A stretch of DNA of 64,000 nucleotides, taken from contig OY730476.1 in assembly GCA_963422735.1 (NCBI GenBank), positions 4,672,001 to 4,736,000 on the forward strand. Direction: 5' to 3'. This document shows positions 30,677 to 41,370 of this stretch, in pieces. The stretch's first letter is position 1, and the number at the start of each line of letters is the position of its first letter. A program made the translations under genes and the position numbers. The notes below the pieces were generated by a model, which did no database searches, had not been told where the DNA came from, and saw nothing but the letters and a program-made list of their open reading frames with translations. Origin of the DNA: Candidatus Latescibacterota bacterium. GTDB taxonomy: Bacteria; Latescibacterota; UBA2968; UBA8231.

Positions 30677-31221
30677 TTACTGGGTGGCCATGCGTTTGTA
30701 GGTAGCTAATGAATAAATATCCACGGCGATAATGTCGGCCGCTTGGCTGTACAGAGCTAGATCCTTCACGTAATTGTCGACAATGTTCACCCCTCCGACG
30801 ACTAACGCTCCATCAGAATTCAACGACGGAGAAACCTCACTGAAGGCGGAACCATGGGCATAGGCGAAATTCATCAATACAAGGTGCTTGGTCCGCTATG
30901 AAGTAGATATTATGAGCCGCAGCGTTCTGCATGATAGCTTGTGCATTGCTGGGGTTGTCATACGTAGGACGATGAGTATTGCTTGACCAAGGCAAGTCCG
31001 TTTGATTCGCCGAAATGAAGCCCCTAGACGAGGAGGCGTACAAATTTGTCTGAGAATCAATAGGCCTAATTGGGGAGGGATCGGCTAGGTTTAATAGGTT
31101 AAAACCATATACACCAAGGGCAAAAAACGGCTCACCATCTACTAGCACCTTATTGCCAGATGTAGTTGCGCTGACTGCATGGACATTGTCGACGAGCAAT
31201 AGAGTAAGCAGAATAACCATT
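30677..31221 (-). pseudogene. Low-GC, frameshifted fragment of a secreted glycoside-hydrolase-like gene
   Basis: Signal peptide then VLVDGEPFFALGVYG; AADIIAVDIY in another frame; visibly AT-rich relative to flanks. Confidence 0.4.
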
Positions 31222-31907
31222 TTGAATGCAGCAGAGTTTATAGCAATCACCGATCCTCCCCATTTTCCCGGTTGACGACTAGGTGTTTTGTATTCTTAGT
31301 TAGATGACCAGAAATCGAAAATACTTCACCTAGACCGGACACCCATGTGCTATCGGCTCCGGCCCCAATGAGGACCACGGGTTTATCAATGGGAATAGTC
31401 CGCGTCCGGCGCCGCCTTCAAGATGGCCTGTAGAAGCTCCTCGTCTGTAGCTACTCGGATCGCATTGGCTGTCGCTGGCTTCCACAGGGCCGTCAGCGTC
31501 AAGAAGAGCATGAGTACGCGCATGTCAGTATCCTTTCCTTTTCAACCAACCCCAAGAGGTTCTTGCCATAAGCGTTCGCACAGGCAGGTCGTAAAACCCG
31601 GCGGCGAATGTACCACCAAGCCGCCCCAAGTGCAACGCTTCATGGTCTATTCCTCCTTTGATAGCTGCATGTGCCCAGTTCAACATGTCAACTGCTGTGT
31701 GAACAGGCCACCCAGACCGCTCAACCACAGCTCGAACGCCCTTCCTGATCAGCACCATCCCAAAGGCGGAGCTTCAGCTTTGGCGCGCCCGATGATCTTC
31801 GCCACCGGTGAAGATCACAAATATCTGTCGTGGGCAATGAATGGATTTTGTAGAATAGTGGTCAATCGACAACCTCTAAATGGCAGTACCTTTAACGGGA
31901 GACGACA

Positions 31908-33467
31908 ATGGCACGTTTACAAGACGTCAATACCACGGATGTGCGCAGCGCCATCGAATGGGGCTGCCGCACCATGTCGAGCGTCTTCAACGCCGCCGAC
32001 AACGATATTCCCTTTTTCGGCTCGCGCGTGCGTCCCCAAGCCGAATTGCGCTTCAGCGCCGCGCATTCGGAGGGGCACGTACCCGGCCGCCATCTCAATG
32101 CCTTGCTCAACGCCGAGGACGCCGCGGGCGTTGGAGTAGATGAAGCGGCCATTGAAAAACACGCGGCCGCTGCTTTCTATTCGTACAGCGGCCCCATCGC
32201 CATGCCGCTCAACCGGACCGAGTTGGGCGGTCCGCTGGTCAATTTCATCCCGCACAATATCCGCGAGGGCTTCCACGCGCTCTATCCATTGGTGCAGTAC
32301 CGCAACTCGGACCGGGCGCGGCAGTTGGCTGAGGCTAGTATCGAGGCGTTTCGCCGCTACTGGAGCGCGGACGAGGGCTGGGACCGACCGGCGTTGCAGG
32401 GGCTGGGACTGGAGGCGTGGGAGAGTCTGTTCATATTAGGAGAAGCCCGGGCCTTGGGGCCTTTGGTCAAGTACTATCGGGCTACGGGCTATGGGCCGGC
32501 GTTGGAACTGGCCCTGGAATTGGCCGCGAAGATCACGGGTGAATTCTTCACCGCGGATGGCGGCCACGACCGGGAACTACTCGGCGACCACACGCACTCG
32601 ATCACCTGCGTCATGTCGTCGTTGGCGCAATTGGCCGATCTGACGGGCGACGCGGCCCTCCTGCTGCGCGTCAAAGTTTTTTACGATAACGGCCTGTGGG
32701 TCATGCGCGACCCGTTGGGTTGGGTCGTCGAAAGCACCCGCCCCGATGCTCCGCCCGACCGCGGCGAAGTCAACAATACCGGCGACATCGTCGAGACCGC
32801 CCTGATCTTGGGGCGCTGGGGCTGGAGCGAGTACTTCCAAGACGCCGAGCGCATTATACGCGGCCATCTGCTGCCCTCGCAACTGCGCGATATTTCCTTC
32901 ATTGACGAACCGCCCAACCCCGAAGGCGTTGATGGCCTGCGCGATGTGGCCCAGCGGCACCGGGGAGCCTTCGGCTTTCCAGCTCCGTACGGCCACGAAC
33001 CGGTAGGAGCCGAGACCGTTGGCTTCAATATGGATATTGTCGGTGGGGCTGTGGCGTCTCTGTGCGAGGTGTACCGGGCGATGGTGTGCAGCGGCCCGGC
33101 CGGGCACCGGGTCAATTTGCTCTTTGACCACGAGATCGAGGCCGTGCGCGTCGAATCCCCCTATACCCACGATGTCCTGCGAGTCGAGGTTAAGCAGCCG
33201 GGGCCTTTGTGGGTGCGCCTGCCCGGCTGGGTAGTGCCGTCCGACCTAGTGGTAAAGGGGGCCGCGCCGCTGCGCATAGACAGCGGATTCCTCTTTTTTG
33301 CCCAACCGCCTCTGCACGCGCCGATTGAGATCCACTTTGGCCTAGCCGAAGAAGAGTTGGTCCTGCGGCATCGGACCCGTTCCATCCGCGCCCGACTGCA
33401 CGGCGACGAGGTGGTGGCAATGGATGACTTCGGTGCCGATCTGACCTTTTTCCCGCCGTTTGATTGA
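31908..33467 (+). CDS. Hypothetical protein, possibly a GH127-like (alpha/alpha)6 hydrolase
   Basis: 519-aa ORF with host-like codon usage; HTHS, GEVNNTGD and LWVRLPGW beta-sandwich tail. Confidence 0.6.
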   Translation: MARLQDVNTTDVRSAIEWGCRTMSSVFNAADNDIPFFGSRVRPQAELRFSAAHSEGHVPGRHLNALLNAEDAAGVGVDEAAIEKHAAAAFYSYSGPIAMPLNRTELGGPLVNFIPHNIREGFHALYPLVQYRNSDRARQLAEASIEAFRRYWSADEGWDRPALQGLGLEAWESLFILGEARALGPLVKYYRATGYGPALELALELAAKITGEFFTADGGHDRELLGDHTHSITCVMSSLAQLADLTGDAALLLRVKVFYDNGLWVMRDPLGWVVESTRPDAPPDRGEVNNTGDIVETALILGRWGWSEYFQDAERIIRGHLLPSQLRDISFIDEPPNPEGVDGLRDVAQRHRGAFGFPAPYGHEPVGAETVGFNMDIVGGAVASLCEVYRAMVCSGPAGHRVNLLFDHEIEAVRVESPYTHDVLRVEVKQPGPLWVRLPGWVVPSDLVVKGAAPLRIDSGFLFFAQPPLHAPIEIHFGLAEEELVLRHRTRSIRARLHGDEVVAMDDFGADLTFFPPFD

Positions 33468-33601
33468 GGGCTTCCGCAAAGAGACTCCTCATGTTGGAAG
33501 TGGTAAAGACGCTTAGCAAACGCATCCGAGAGCACGGGTCGAAACTACAGCGTGAAACCCGCACGCGGCAAGGGCTCGGCCTTTCGCGTCGCACCGCTTT
33601 T

Positions 33602-34681
33602 TTACCTCGTAATCTCGCTGCCTCGGCGGTTGGCGATGGAGCGCGGCGTCAGGTCGAAAAGGGTCTCGTGCCCGTGGAAGAAGCGGTCGAACTCATCGAC
33701 CATCAGCGCAAAAAAGCGCGGGTAGCTCTGCTCGGTCACGCCGGCGATGTGGGGGGTGAGGAAGACGTTTTCGAGGTGGAGAATCTCCTTGTCGCCATAC
33801 GCGTTGTCCTCGCCCACATCCGGGTCGAACACATCTAGACCGGCGACGATATCGCCCCGCTTGAGCCGCCTTACTAGCGCATCCGAATCAACCACTTTGC
33901 CCCGCGACACATTGACAAACACCGCGCCTGACTGAATCAGGTCCAGCTCCCGTTGCCCAATCATGCGCTCGGTGCGCGGGGTGTGTGGAGCCAGGCAGAC
34001 GATGGCGTCGCACTGAGACAGTACGTTGTCCAATGAGGTTTTGATAAAGCCGACGGCGTCTGCCATCTCCCGCGCCAGATAGGGATCGCACACCCACACT
34101 TGAGTATGGAAGGGACGCAAAAACTGGATCAGCCGCCGGCCAATGTGCCCGCAGCCGATCAGGCCAACCCGCTTGCCGGTCAGATCGCCGTGAATAAAGC
34201 CAAAGTCGCTGTGTGGGCGAGGGCGCACGTCGCCGGCGATGAGGCGGCGGAATTGGGCACCGGCGTTGCGCAGGGCAATGATGATGAGCGCCAAAGCCCA
34301 CTCGGACACTGGATACGACGAGCCGTTGGTCGTATCGACCGTACAGACGCCCCGCGCCCAGGCGGCCTCGATGTCGATGCGGCTGGCAAAGCGGTCTCCC
34401 TCCAACTCGCCGATGATCTTCAGCTCGGGAGCTTGACCCAAGATCGCGGCATCGACCGTCGGGCAGCCGTGGCAGACCACTAGCCCGTCGCAACCACTCA
34501 GCCGCTCGCCCAGTGCCCGGGCGGTTTCGGGGTCTGCGTTGGTGTCGTAGATGCCGCCGCCCTCGCATTCAAACCAGTCCCAGTCGGCAAAGGCTTTGAG
34601 GCGTTCGAGATCGGGCGTGGCGAGGTACTGCTCGCGCACGTGCTTGTTGCAGGCAATAAGTATTTGGGGGCGTGAGTTCAT
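33602..34681 (-). CDS. D-isomer-specific 2-hydroxyacid dehydrogenase
   Basis: GLIGCGHIG, FVNVSRG, AGLDVF and LTPHIAG; GGAG RBS. Confidence 0.9.
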   Translation of the reverse strand: MNSRPQILIACNKHVREQYLATPDLERLKAFADWDWFECEGGGIYDTNADPETARALGERLSGCDGLVVCHGCPTVDAAILGQAPELKIIGELEGDRFASRIDIEAAWARGVCTVDTTNGSSYPVSEWALALIIIALRNAGAQFRRLIAGDVRPRPHSDFGFIHGDLTGKRVGLIGCGHIGRRLIQFLRPFHTQVWVCDPYLAREMADAVGFIKTSLDNVLSQCDAIVCLAPHTPRTERMIGQRELDLIQSGAVFVNVSRGKVVDSDALVRRLKRGDIVAGLDVFDPDVGEDNAYGDKEILHLENVFLTPHIAGVTEQSYPRFFALMVDEFDRFFHGHETLFDLTPRSIANRRGSEITR

Positions 34682-34759
34682 GTTGTAAGTCTCCGTCTGA
34701 TAAGTGGGTAATGCCCGAGACGACTCGCGAGGCCGATGGCAGGTGCATATTCAACGAAG

Positions 34760-34952
34760 TTAGCCGCTGATTTCCGGTATGGAGAGTGCTTTACAAATCT
34801 TCTTGGCGCGACGATTGGAAATCTCTACGCGAGGGGGCACTGCTTCAACAGCACCGGTAGCAGGATTAGCACCATAGCGAGTGCGCGGAACCCTCCCGTT
34901 TGAGATAGCAACCGTTACGTCTGAGATGCCGTAGAATAACCCCTCTCTTCAC
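34760..34952 (-). pseudogene. hicA: HicA-family toxin, frameshifted
   Basis: VKRGVILRHLRRNGCYLKREGSAHSLW, then another frame NPATGAVEAVP..EISN..AKKICKALSIPEI. Confidence 0.75.
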
Positions 34953-35146
34953 TAGACAACCACAATATCTAAGACCTCGTAACACATCTTTTAGGCGATC
35001 CCGAAAGATGAGATCGATCGCGCTTGCCAGACTTTCTCGAGCCTCTTGCTTTGTGCGGCTTTGGCGTTGGCTCCCGGCACCTCTGGACAATATGCGATGT
35101 GCCATTCGCCGTCTCGTTCAAAAATTGCCGCGTAGGTATTGCTCAT
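34953..35146 (-). pseudogene. hicB: HicB-family antitoxin, frameshifted
   Basis: MSNTYAAIFERDGEWHIAYCPEVPGAN, then a shifted frame RTKQEARESLASAIDLIF. Confidence 0.75.
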
Positions 35147-35425
35147 GGTTCAAACCTTTCGTGCCGACCTAGTCGCAGAAAGCATCATGAAGATACTAGG
35201 GGTTTCCGGCTATTAGTATTTGTCTATCAGAGTATAAGGCAGAGGAGGATTATACTCTGCCAGTGGGGAGAATTTGCAGGCTGTAGTATCTCCTGATCTC
35301 TCTATGCCTCTAACGCCTACATACAAGCCTGTAATAGAGCTTTGATCCACATAGGCTACCCGTCTCTAATGTTCGATCCATCTCTGCTTGTATCCGCTCT
35401 TCCACACTGAAGAACGAGGTCTTTA

Positions 35426-36013
35426 CTATGGCATTTTTCGGGCATCCAAAAACGAATAACTACTAGTGAGCGAATCGAGCGGTGACTGTTGCCTGCCTAT
35501 CCACTTGGCAACTAATTCGCGATCCCTGTTGGTGTCAGCCCGCTCCTCGCCAACCGCTGAACACACGGCCGTGCGCCTAGCCGGTGCGGCCTTGCTGCTC
35601 AGTGGCTTGGCCTTCAATTCGCTTCGCGCATTTTCTTTCGGACTAGCTGCCCTTTTAAGGCGGACGGCGGGCAGCCTTTTCAACCGCTGGTTGAGCGGAT
35701 CAACCTCAATGCCCACCGATTCGAGCGCCGTTAGGCCAAGTAGAGGCTCGGCGTCTGCGTCGCCGAAAATAATCGTGCCGCCGACCAATTCGCCCATAAA
35801 TTCGATTTGCCCGACCGCGATGTCGAGCTTGAGTTCGGCCCCATTGGCTAGCTCATACGTCCGCTGGCCTTGCGGCTTGAGGCCGATGGCTTCGAGGTGC
35901 GGCCTCGGGACGAGGCAATCGGTCGCGCCGGTATCCACCAGAAAAAGCCCTTCCCACGTGCGGTGCGGTGCAGCCGGGTTGCGAATGGTTACGGTGACGT
36001 GCGTTGCTCCCAT
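35426..36013 (-). CDS. Clan AA (retropepsin-like) aspartic protease with a probable read-through tail
   Basis: FLVDTGA catalytic motif, ELANG and PLLGLTALES; AAGGA RBS; residues after PAVRLK look non-native. Confidence 0.8.
   Translation of the reverse strand: MGATHVTVTIRNPAAPHRTWEGLFLVDTGATDCLVPRPHLEAIGLKPQGQRTYELANGAELKLDIAVGQIEFMGELVGGTIIFGDADAEPLLGLTALESVGIEVDPLNQRLKRLPAVRLKRAASPKENARSELKAKPLSSKAAPARRTAVCSAVGEERADTNRDRELVAKWIGRQQSPLDSLTSSYSFLDARKMP
35557..35641 (+). repeat. Diverged copy of the 5' coding segment at 36186-36276
   Basis: Encodes EHTAVRLAGAALLLSGLAFN versus ERTATRLAGAALLLGGLAFN; many differences are synonymous. Confidence 0.75.
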
Positions 36014-36172
36014 GTCCTTTCCTTTCTTTGGATGTTTCCTGCTGCTCTCGTAGAACTTCCAAGACGACGACCTAAGCGTCAACAGCATCCTGTTGACATC
36101 GGCTCATTGAATTTGCAACTCCTTTGGGGTAGCAAGCATTTTAATATATGCGATATACGATGCTCGCTTGCC

Positions 36173-38911
36173 ATGAACCCACTGACTGAACGCACTGCCA
36201 CGCGCCTCGCTGGTGCGGCCCTGCTGCTCGGCGGTCTGGCCTTCAACCCGCTGGCCCTCGCGCATTTTTTTTTCGGGCATCCGCTTAGCACCGAGGGTAT
36301 CATCGCCCTCCAGGTCGCCTTGATCTTTGGCGGCGGTTGGCTCGTTTGGCGATGCCCCCGGTTGCCGCTGGTTCCCATTGTGATCGTCGCCCTCGCCTTG
36401 GGTGCGCTTGCCACCTTCGGGGTGTACGGCACGGCCCGCTCACTACAAAAGGTGCAGGAACGCAACCGGCTCCTCGCCGCTCTCGACCGCAGCGAACAGC
36501 TGCAGCAGCACCTGAGCGGCGAAGCCCTGCCGCTCCTCGCCGTGGGGATGTACCAAGGCCAACTGCCCGCCGCGCTGGCGCGTGCGCTTTTTGCCGCCTC
36601 GGTCGCTGTCGCGGACATAGAGCAGACCGCAAAGGCGACCGAGGTCGTGCCGGCGCTGGGGATCGAGCGCCATAGCTGGAGGATTGCACCCGCCGCGCAG
36701 TTCCACAGATCCGACCTCCAGCTATGGCACTCGCTCTTGGCGGCGCTGCATTCCTGTGACTATGCAGCCTTTCACATTGAGACCGGGCATTTCCTCGACG
36801 CGGAGGACTTCACCGCGCCCTTAGGCGCGACAACGCTCTACCAAACCCGCTTGCGCTTCGACGCCTCGGCGCAGACAAAAGACGGGCAGCGCGCGCAAAT
36901 TCGGGCTTGGCTGGTGCTCGACTGGCAGCAGCAGGAAGATACCACCTGGCGGATCCAACGTTGGGAGACCGAATCCCTAGAGATGTTCACGCGGTCGCAC
37001 ACGCTCTTTGCCGAAGTCCTCGACGAGGTGCTCCCGCGCGACGAGGATCGCGCCCAGGCCCGATTTTCGCGCCACGCCGAACTGGTGCGCCAGTCGTTTT
37101 TCGACTCCGCGTTTGTCGCGCCGCATCGCTTTTTCACCCGCCAAGCCTTTGACCGCCATCCCGGCATCAGCGTCGTGGATATCGACGCCGATGGGTACGA
37201 CGACCTGTACCTTGCCGTGCGCCGAGGTAAGAACATGCTGTTGCACAATGGCGGCGACGGCACGTTCACCGAGTGCGCAGCCCAATACGGCCTCGATGTG
37301 GAGGACCACACGGCAGCCGCGCTCTTTGCCGACTTTGACAACGACGGCGACCCGGATGTCTTTCTCGGTCGCACACTCGCGCCCAGCCTCTACTTGGTCA
37401 ACGAGGACGGGCACTTTGCCCCCCGCGACTTGGGCAATGGCGTCTTGCCGGCCCTTGTGGCCTCGATCTCAGCGGCCGATTACGACCGCGACGGCCTGCT
37501 CGATGTGTACTTCTCCACGTATGCCGCGCGGATGTTGCTCGAAGCGGTCACCACCGCGTCTCACGCAAACGCGCTGTTGGGCCTCCTGCCTGCGGACCAC
37601 GCCCGTGCGCTCTACGACCTGAGCCGCGACCGCATTGGCCACCTCATCCACGACGCACCCGGGCCGCCCAACGTCCTGCTGCGCAACCTCGGCAACGGTC
37701 GCTTCGCGCCCACCGCAGCCGTGTGGCGCAACACCTTACAGGCGACTTGGGCCGACTACGACCGCGACGGCGACCCGGATCTCTACCTCGCCAACGACTT
37801 TGCCGCTAACAACTTGCTCCGCAATGACGGCGGTGCCCTCGTCGATGTCACCGCCGCGAGCGGGGCCGCGGACCGAGGGTTTGGCATGGGCGCAAGCTGG
37901 GCCGATTACGACGGAGATGGCCGCCAAGATCTGTACGTGACCAATATGCACAGCAGTGCCGGTCGCCGGATCACGGCAGCCGCCGGACGGGCGGGCGCGG
38001 CGTTTGCCCCTTTGGCCCGGGGAAATTCCCTCCTAAGAAACGGCAGAGCGGGCTTCACCCGCATTGCGGATTCGCCTGTGGAAGACGGCGGCTGGGGCTG
38101 GGGCGGCCAATTTTTGGACTTTGACAACGACGGCGACCTCGACATCTACGCCCTGAGCGGCTACTACACCCCGCCGTCTGAAGTCGCTCTCCCCGAGGAT
38201 ACCTGAAGCCTGTTTTGGCGCACGGTCGTGCGCCATGGCCAGACGGATGGGGCGTACAACGTAGGAGCGCGGCTCAACGCTGGGGCCTCGCTCAGCGGAT
38301 ACCAGCGCAACCGCCTCTTCCTCAACCTAGCGGGCCGCGCCTTCCTCGATGTGTCGGGTCTGTCGGCGGCGGATTCGCCCGCGGACGGCCGCGCCTGCGC
38401 TACTTTGGACTTCGATCGCGATGGCCGCATCGATTTGGCTATCGTCAATGCCAACGAGCCGCTATGCGAGCTGTTTGCCAACCGCAGCGCGGCGGGGCAC
38501 ATCCTCGCGTTGCGGTTTGTGGGGGGTAACGATCGCGATGAAGTCTCGCGCAAATGGAGTGTGCGCGATGGCTATGGCGTACAAGTGGAAGTGGATGTCG
38601 GCGGGAGGACATTGCTGCGCGAGCACCGGGCTGGCGAGGGGTTCTCGGCCCAGAACAGCGCGACCCTGATCGTCGGCTTAGGTGCGCATGTACGAGCGGA
38701 TGCCGTGCGCGTGTACTGGCCTTCGGGGCGCATCCAGCGCGCAACCGACGTGGCGGCCGGTGCGCTGGTGACCGCGTACGAAAATCCCCGGCACTCGCCT
38801 ACGGGTGCGGCGTTTGTAACCGCGCCATACTACCCATCAGCAGCAGTGCCCCCAGATAGCAGCCGACCGCAGCCCACAGCGCAACGGCAAACCCCCAATG
38901 CAGGGCGATGA
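36173..38911 (+). CDS. Membrane-anchored FG-GAP / ASPIC-UnbV (CRTAC1-like) protein; putative selenoprotein with UGA at codon 678
   Basis: ORFs 35870-38206 and 38228-38911 share a frame and are separated only by TGA 38204-38206; read-through gives EDT-U-SLFWRTVV and restores the domain order of the 28701 paralog. Confidence 0.8.
38207..38239 (+). promoter_or_regulatory. Putative bacterial SECIS element
   Basis: Perfect 8-bp stem TGGCGCAC (38216-38223) / GTGCGCCA (38228-38235) with a GGTC loop 17 nt after the UGA; GCC/GGC can extend the lower stem. Confidence 0.72.
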
Positions 38912-41045
38912 AAACCGCCAAGGCCGCGCCAAAGACCGAGCCCACGCCGTTGACTGCAAATCCCCAGTCGATGCACTCGCCGACGTAGCGCGCAGCGCGT
39001 GGGAAAGGCATGCCCATCAAGAAGCCCGGCGGGGCGATCAACGCACAGCTTATGGCGACCCGCACACCCCAATTAAGCCCTCCACAGATTGCCACCACGT
39101 GCGGAAAGAGTACCAGATGCGCCGCTGTCCACGCGGCGACAAAGACAAACGGCAACCACGGCCCGCCGCGCTGCGAGTAGAAACTTCCCGCGCCCGAACT
39201 CAGCAAGAGCGCCAACAAAACGATTGGAAACGTATAGGCCGAATGGCCCAAGAGCAGGCTGTATTGCTGGATCCACACCACCTCAATCAGCATGTAGCCC
39301 GTGCCAATGGCGGCGAAGTACAGCCAAGCGGCCCCCGACAGCTTGGCTTGCCCCCGAAGTCGCGGCAAGAGCAAGAGGGGCACTCCCACTGCGACGACGA
39401 CCGCCAGCACGGCCACCACCAACAGCCGCGCCAGTGGAAATCCGGCAAACTCAAAGGCCAATGCCTGTTGCTGCCGCCCGCGATCCAAGCGGTCCCAGCG
39501 CCCCATCTGCGCCACAAAGGGCCGGTCATCGGTTGGCGGGCTGATGTCGATGGCTGCTGCCGACCAATGCGCTTCCCAGCCATCGGCAGCAATTCGGCTG
39601 ATTAGGTGCTCGGCTGCCGGAGCCGGATGGAGGGCATGGCTCGCCGGGTCGGCTGCGGCAAACAGGGCCGGCAAGGTCGTATCGACCAAGGTGCGCGCCA
39701 ACGGCTGTCGCCCCAAAACCAACACCTGCCGTTGCTGCGTGGGCAGGTCGTACACTGCCAAGTGCGCTTCCGCAGCCAACCCCAACCCCCGCAAGGCATC
39801 TATCGCGGCACTGGTCAGCCGCGGCACATATACCTGATGCTCGATCAACAGGACCCCATCCGCCGTCAGGGCTCGATAGAAATCTCTTAGGGCTTCCACC
39901 GTGAACAAAAAATTCTCAGCCAAGGCAAACGCCCCGGACGAGAGCGCGGCGAACGTATTGGAACTGCGCGAGATAATCAGGTCAAACGCGATCGGGTGCT
40001 GCCGGGCATAGACGCGGGCGTCCACGCTGTGGACCGCGACCCCGGTACTTTCGTACAGGTGACCGAAAAATGCGGCCTGCTCTCCGCGAGTGAGCATTTC
40101 GTTGAGGCCGGCGTTGACTTCGACCGCATCGACGCGCTGTGCGCCGCCCCATTTGGCTTGCATCACTTCGCTGCCGCCACCAGCTCCGACCACCATCACC
40201 CGCTCGGCTGCGAGTGCGCGAATCAGCGGCTGCAGGTTGAGCGCAAACTCGGGTGCGGCCGCGGGCGGCCTCTCGCGCCAGTCGCCGCGCACCCGATAGA
40301 GCAGCATATTGGCCGCGCCGTCGATGTCGATGCCGCGCACGGCCGCGCTGTGGGCATAGACCCGAATGCGGCCCATGGCGTCCCAGTGCTCGGCGATGAC
40401 GGGAGCCTTGGTCGGCGTCTTGGGCACGAACGCGGCCTCGGCTGCAAAGGCTGCGCCGACGAGTGCAGCGAGCAAGGCCAGCGACCCTGTGCGCTGGTAG
40501 CGGCTTGGCCCCCATCCGGCTAGGGCACCGGGAATGCAGCACAGCATGGCTGCGGCCGGCACCCCAAAAATGTTCATCGCGGCGATTGCGGCCACGCCAC
40601 CACCGGCCGCTCCCACGAGGTCGGCCGCGTAGAGCTGGGCGGCGTTTTGGCGGTGGCGGCGCAAGAGCGCGGCGCAGAAGGATCCGCCGGCCAGAAAGGG
40701 CAGCAACAGCAGCCCCACGCCCGCGGACAGCAAGGCGAGGTCGCTACTAGAGCGCCACAGCGCGGCGAATTCGATGGGCAGGCGCGTTACAGCGGCCGGC
40801 CCGAGCGCAGCCGTTCCACTGGCCAAGAGCGCAGCGGTGCCGATTCGCGGCGAGATGGCCCACGCCGGCCAAAAGCGCAGCGACAGGGCCCCGAGGCCGA
40901 GGCCTAGCACGGCGAGGGAAACTACGAGAAAGGCAAAGGAATAGAAGAATTCAGCGGAGAATATCCGCGTCCAGACAATCTCTAGAGCCACCAGCATGGC
41001 CGCGACCAAGCCGATGGCCACTTGGTCGCGGCGCAAGGGACTCAT
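38799..41045 (-). CDS. Polytopic membrane protein with a central spermidine-synthase-like SAM domain
   Basis: LEIVWTRIFS and LYAADLVGAAGG; VGAGGG, VEVN, DAR and FDLI; TDDRPF; C-terminal TMs with LMGMPFP and NGVGSV. Confidence 0.8.
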   Translation of the reverse strand: MSPLRRDQVAIGLVAAMLVALEIVWTRIFSAEFFYSFAFLVVSLAVLGLGLGALSLRFWPAWAISPRIGTAALLASGTAALGPAAVTRLPIEFAALWRSSSDLALLSAGVGLLLLPFLAGGSFCAALLRRHRQNAAQLYAADLVGAAGGGVAAIAAMNIFGVPAAAMLCCIPGALAGWGPSRYQRTGSLALLAALVGAAFAAEAAFVPKTPTKAPVIAEHWDAMGRIRVYAHSAAVRGIDIDGAANMLLYRVRGDWRERPPAAAPEFALNLQPLIRALAAERVMVVGAGGGSEVMQAKWGGAQRVDAVEVNAGLNEMLTRGEQAAFFGHLYESTGVAVHSVDARVYARQHPIAFDLIISRSSNTFAALSSGAFALAENFLFTVEALRDFYRALTADGVLLIEHQVYVPRLTSAAIDALRGLGLAAEAHLAVYDLPTQQRQVLVLGRQPLARTLVDTTLPALFAAADPASHALHPAPAAEHLISRIAADGWEAHWSAAAIDISPPTDDRPFVAQMGRWDRLDRGRQQQALAFEFAGFPLARLLVVAVLAVVVAVGVPLLLLPRLRGQAKLSGAAWLYFAAIGTGYMLIEVVWIQQYSLLLGHSAYTFPIVLLALLLSSGAGSFYSQRGGPWLPFVFVAAWTAAHLVLFPHVVAICGGLNWGVRVAISCALIAPPGFLMGMPFPRAARYVGECIDWGFAVNGVGSVFGAALAVFIALHWGFAVALWAAVGCYLGALLLMGSMARLQTPHP

Positions 41046-41049
41046 GGTG

Positions 41050-41370
41050 CTAATCGAGGTGGAAGACCTCTTCTAGTTCGATGATCACATCTTTGGGGCC
41101 GCCCTCCGGCACTTCGACCAACCCCTCGTTGGCCTCGCCCCAACGCTGCGTGACCTCTTCTGCGAGGAAGCCGTCGAGGGCTGTGGCAAAATTCGCCTCG
41201 GTCTCAAAGTAGCCGAAGACGAGGCCATCGGCGTTCATAAAGAGCGAGTAGCGATGCCAGCCGTGGCGGGTGAGGGCCGCGCAGACTTCGGGCCATACTT
41301 GGCGGTGGGCTTGCTTGTACTCTTCGATCCGGTCCTTTTTAACCTGCATCTGAAAACCAACGCGTCGCAT
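41050..41370 (-). CDS. rhaM: L-rhamnose mutarotase family protein
   Basis: EEYKQAHRQVWPE, YSLF, FGYFE and LEEVFHLD; AAGGAG RBS. Confidence 0.85.
   Translation of the reverse strand: MRRVGFQMQVKKDRIEEYKQAHRQVWPEVCAALTRHGWHRYSLFMNADGLVFGYFETEANFATALDGFLAEEVTQRWGEANEGLVEVPEGGPKDVIIELEEVFHLD

Noticed and set aside
31423-32139. 238-aa plus-strand ORF
   Set aside because: No recognisable motifs; overlaps the 31908 gene out of frame and crosses minus-strand remnants
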